Source: Ptychomitrium polyphyllum (Eukaryota). From it: 64,000 bases of DNA. The notes under the pieces were generated by a model. That model worked only from the letters and a program-made list of their open reading frames with translations. It was not told where the DNA came from and did not search any database. The translations under genes and the position numbers were made by a program. Shown here in pieces: positions 61,119 through 64,000 of this stretch; the stretch's first letter is position 1; every line of letters starts with the position of its first letter. The stretch is taken from contig OZ316776.1 of assembly GCA_973851085.1 (NCBI GenBank), positions 2,604,001 to 2,668,000 on the forward strand, given 5' to 3'.

Positions 61119-63585
61119 ATGGGGATCAAGGTTTGTTGCTATGATCTAGAATTGTGGTTGAAGTGGTTGCTTTTTTGTTCTGTGTGTGGATTCAAGGTGA
61201 GTCTTGTTAAATGTGGTGTATTGAGGGTTAGTTGTGTGGTTTCAAGGGATGGTTTGTGATGGTTAAGAGAGTTTGTGTAGCGTGACTTGGTTTTGGTGTG
61301 TTTCCTTACCGCCTTGTTGTAGTCGAAGTGTAGTCCGTTACCGCGTTTTTGAGTTTTCTCTAACCTTAAGATTTTCTGTTGGAGAAGGCGCCTTGGATTG
61401 TTGTTGCAGAATATGAAAACTGAAATAATATTGGTCATTAGTTGTGAAGGATTTCTGTTCAGGGTTGCAGTTAACGGCTTGTTTGGGAGAGCCCTTGTTT
61501 TGATACTTGTGGTACAATGCAGTTGTGTGTTGTCTCTACCTTGTTGACTGTGTATAATCCACGTTTGTTGTGGATCTGTTTAGCCCTTTAGAAGTTTCGA
61601 TGGTCTGCTTGGACATGATCTAGGGTTTTCACTCGCAGCGGATTTTTCTCTAGTGGCGGCGTTGTTACTTTGTATTTTTCCTGTTTTCTAAAAGTCTCAA
61701 AATTCGAGTTAATTCTCGGCATTGGATTCATTAGATATCCCCCTATGTCAGAATTTCGGACGTTGTGGCTGGTTATGAAGCAGTATTAACGCAAAGCTAA
61801 GCTTGAGAAGGATTTGCTCACAATCTTCTGTATTGTACCCCGTCTTATTTATAAGTTTCGTTATTCGGTTTTCTTGGCCATATTTATCCAGAGTTGTGAA
61901 AGTGAGAGGGAAATTCATGTATTGTATTTCTCGGTGCAGTTTATACACGGAAGGGTATTGTTCAATTTTTTGTTTTTACAGTGACTAACGTTTGTAAAGC
62001 AGGCTGCATTGCATCGAGGTTCTTAGAATGTGCATTATACCCGTGCAGGTGCAGAGGCCGCCCATGGAGGCTTGGTACATGGATGATTCAGCGGAAGACC
62101 AACGAAAGCCTCATTACCGGAACCCACCGGAGTATGTTTCACTGGAAAAGCTTAGAGGTGCGTCAGTGGCAAATGCTTGTCTTATCGAAGTGAAGTCTGC
62201 TTCTCAATGACATGGATTAGTATGAGGTTTAGAGCTTGAATTTTCTCTCCCAGCCTTGATCTGGGGCACGGCATTTCCAGGTTTGTTTGTACTCTTAATG
62301 TTTGACCTCAGCTTTGTGATTGATTTCTTCTGCCGTTCAATAGTGCATATATTGAGTTGCTTGATGTGCTATGTTCTCACTAGCCAGGCTGCTTTGTTTT
62401 TCACTTGTTCTCCAGAGCTCGGTGTACTTCATTGGGTGCTTGATGCTGATAGTTACGAAACTGATCCTGAACTGAAAAAAATTCGAAAAGAGAGAGGGTA
62501 TAACTTTGAGGTTAGTCTTTATTCTCTCTTGTTTGGATTGCTTTGACGTGAAAGCCTGTCCTAGTGGATTGTTGTGTTGCCTTCCTGTTCTGTTATTACC
62601 CTGTGACCTGAAGGCGCATGTTTGGGTTTGATAGGACTTCATAGAGGTGTGTCCTGAAAAGCTACCCGATTATGAGATGAAAATCAAGACCTTTTTTGAG
62701 GAGCACATACATACGGACGAAGAGATTCGTTACTGCTTGGATGGTAGTGGTGAGTATCAGAGATCGATGTCTTTTCTGCTCTAATTGCTGCGTACGCTTT
62801 CCATTATTTGTGTAATTCTGAATTTATCTATATATATTAATGAGTCGGTTAGATTTTTTTGTTAAGTTGTAATTAGTATTATTGATTCGCTACTGAGCAA
62901 CCTATATCACTCTAGTCTACCGGTACAGCTATTTATTTCATGTACTATTAGTGAAGCTCATGGGTTACAATTTGTCTTGGTATTGTATTTCCAGATTCAT
63001 GATTGATGTTATGTTACAGGCTACTTTGATGTTCGCGACCCAGGAGACCGTTGGATCCGGATATGGGTGCACAAAGGAGACATGATTGTGTTGCCTGCAG
63101 GGTGTTACCATCGCTTTACTCTCGATGAGAACAATTACCTCAAGGTAGACATGGCTAACTATCTGTGGCTCTTCTTCCACAAGAGTTTATGCAGGCATGA
63201 GTCGTGTAGATTGACACGTCATAGTATGTGCTACTAGACGTTGATATCCTAATGCAGAAACTGTGTTGTTCATTGAGGTACTTAAACGTAGTTTGAACTA
63301 TTTGCGGCAGGCAATGAGGCTGTTCATTGGTGAACCTATCTGGACCCCATACAATCGTCCTCAAGATGAGCATCCCGTGAGGTGAATGTCGAATTTCAGA
63401 AACTGTTCTAGTTATCTGCATTTTTAGTTACTAGCTTGATTACTGTCTTGATTAATTGTATCTAACTTTTTAGAGAACATTCATTTAGCAGCTTCTGATG
63501 AAACTGTTCTGTGCACTGCTCCAGAAAGGATTACATCGACCAATTCCTCAAGCTTCATAAAATGGACATGTCATTGGCAGTTTAG
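61119..63585 (+). CDS. ARD: Acireductone dioxygenase (methionine salvage, cupin), 7 coding exons
   Basis: Exons 61119-61130 (MGIK, inferred), 62049-62157 ([17 protein letters not shown]), 62416-62510, 62635-62749 ([20 protein letters not shown]), 63020-63144 ([28 protein letters not shown]), 63311-63381 ([17 protein letters not shown]) and 63525-63585. Confidence 0.93.
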
Positions 63586-64000
63586 CATTCTCTAACTCAA
63601 TAAAGATAAAGTAGTATAGTATTAATTTTCGACAGAGGGTTTTGACACATGCAACTCTACATTGAAACCGAAAATCCTATCGTGGTGATTCTGACGTGCA
63701 TGGTATGAAGAAAACTATCATGGGCCTGAATAGTTAGGCAGAGAAGCTGAAACGCAGAAGCCCAATACATGCAAATATGTGTAGAGGAGCTTTGGCTTCT
63801 GCAGTGGAACTTCACAATAAAATAAGAGCAATGGTTCGCCCATCTTTTTGTGGCGTAGATCTAAATTTTTGGACTCTGGTTCTGTTCGTTATTTTGGTTG
63901 TGTTTCACTTGCTGTTGCATGTTTGCCTTGTGAGGGTGTGGGAATCAGGTGGCTGTTCAGTAGTAGCGTTAGTACTGTCAAGATTACGCAATGTGCAGCA

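Noticed and set aside
17532..63585. SAM-metabolism gene cluster (CFA synthases + ARD)
   Set aside because: Methyltransferases release SAH whereas ARD recycles MTA-derived acireductone. The genes are about 38 kb apart with unrelated genes and TEs in between.

Overview
Eukaryotic land-plant genomic DNA with short GT-AG introns, AT-rich intergenic DNA and chromoviral Gypsy elements. It looks like a moss such as Physcomitrium, which is an inference. Six spliced protein-coding genes can be modelled: two divergently oriented 20-exon genes for a two-domain FAD-oxidoreductase/cyclopropane-fatty-acid-synthase protein (2309-7688 minus, 17532-22921 plus; 864 aa each), a GalT-like ADP-glucose phosphorylase (minus), ZOP1 (U1-type zinc finger + OCRE), RUS3 (DUF647, with a GC-AG intron) and acireductone dioxygenase. 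About 42-59.7 kb is a nested pile of degenerate Ty3/Gypsy elements and solo LTRs. Main observation: the two CFA-synthase genes form a giant inverted repeat with 5.2-kb arms and a 9.7-kb spacer. The arms look identical across 18 introns apart from one 4-bp indel. Identity stops abruptly mid-exon 19 and near the 5'UTR splice acceptor, and beyond those points the copies are still homologous but deeply diverged. This fits an old duplication homogenised by arm-to-arm gene conversion, in a layout where spacer inversion would swap promoters against C-termini/3'UTRs. Second observation: two different solo LTRs sit at the same homologous nucleotide in both LTRs of one Gypsy element. All coordinates and alignments were read by eye.
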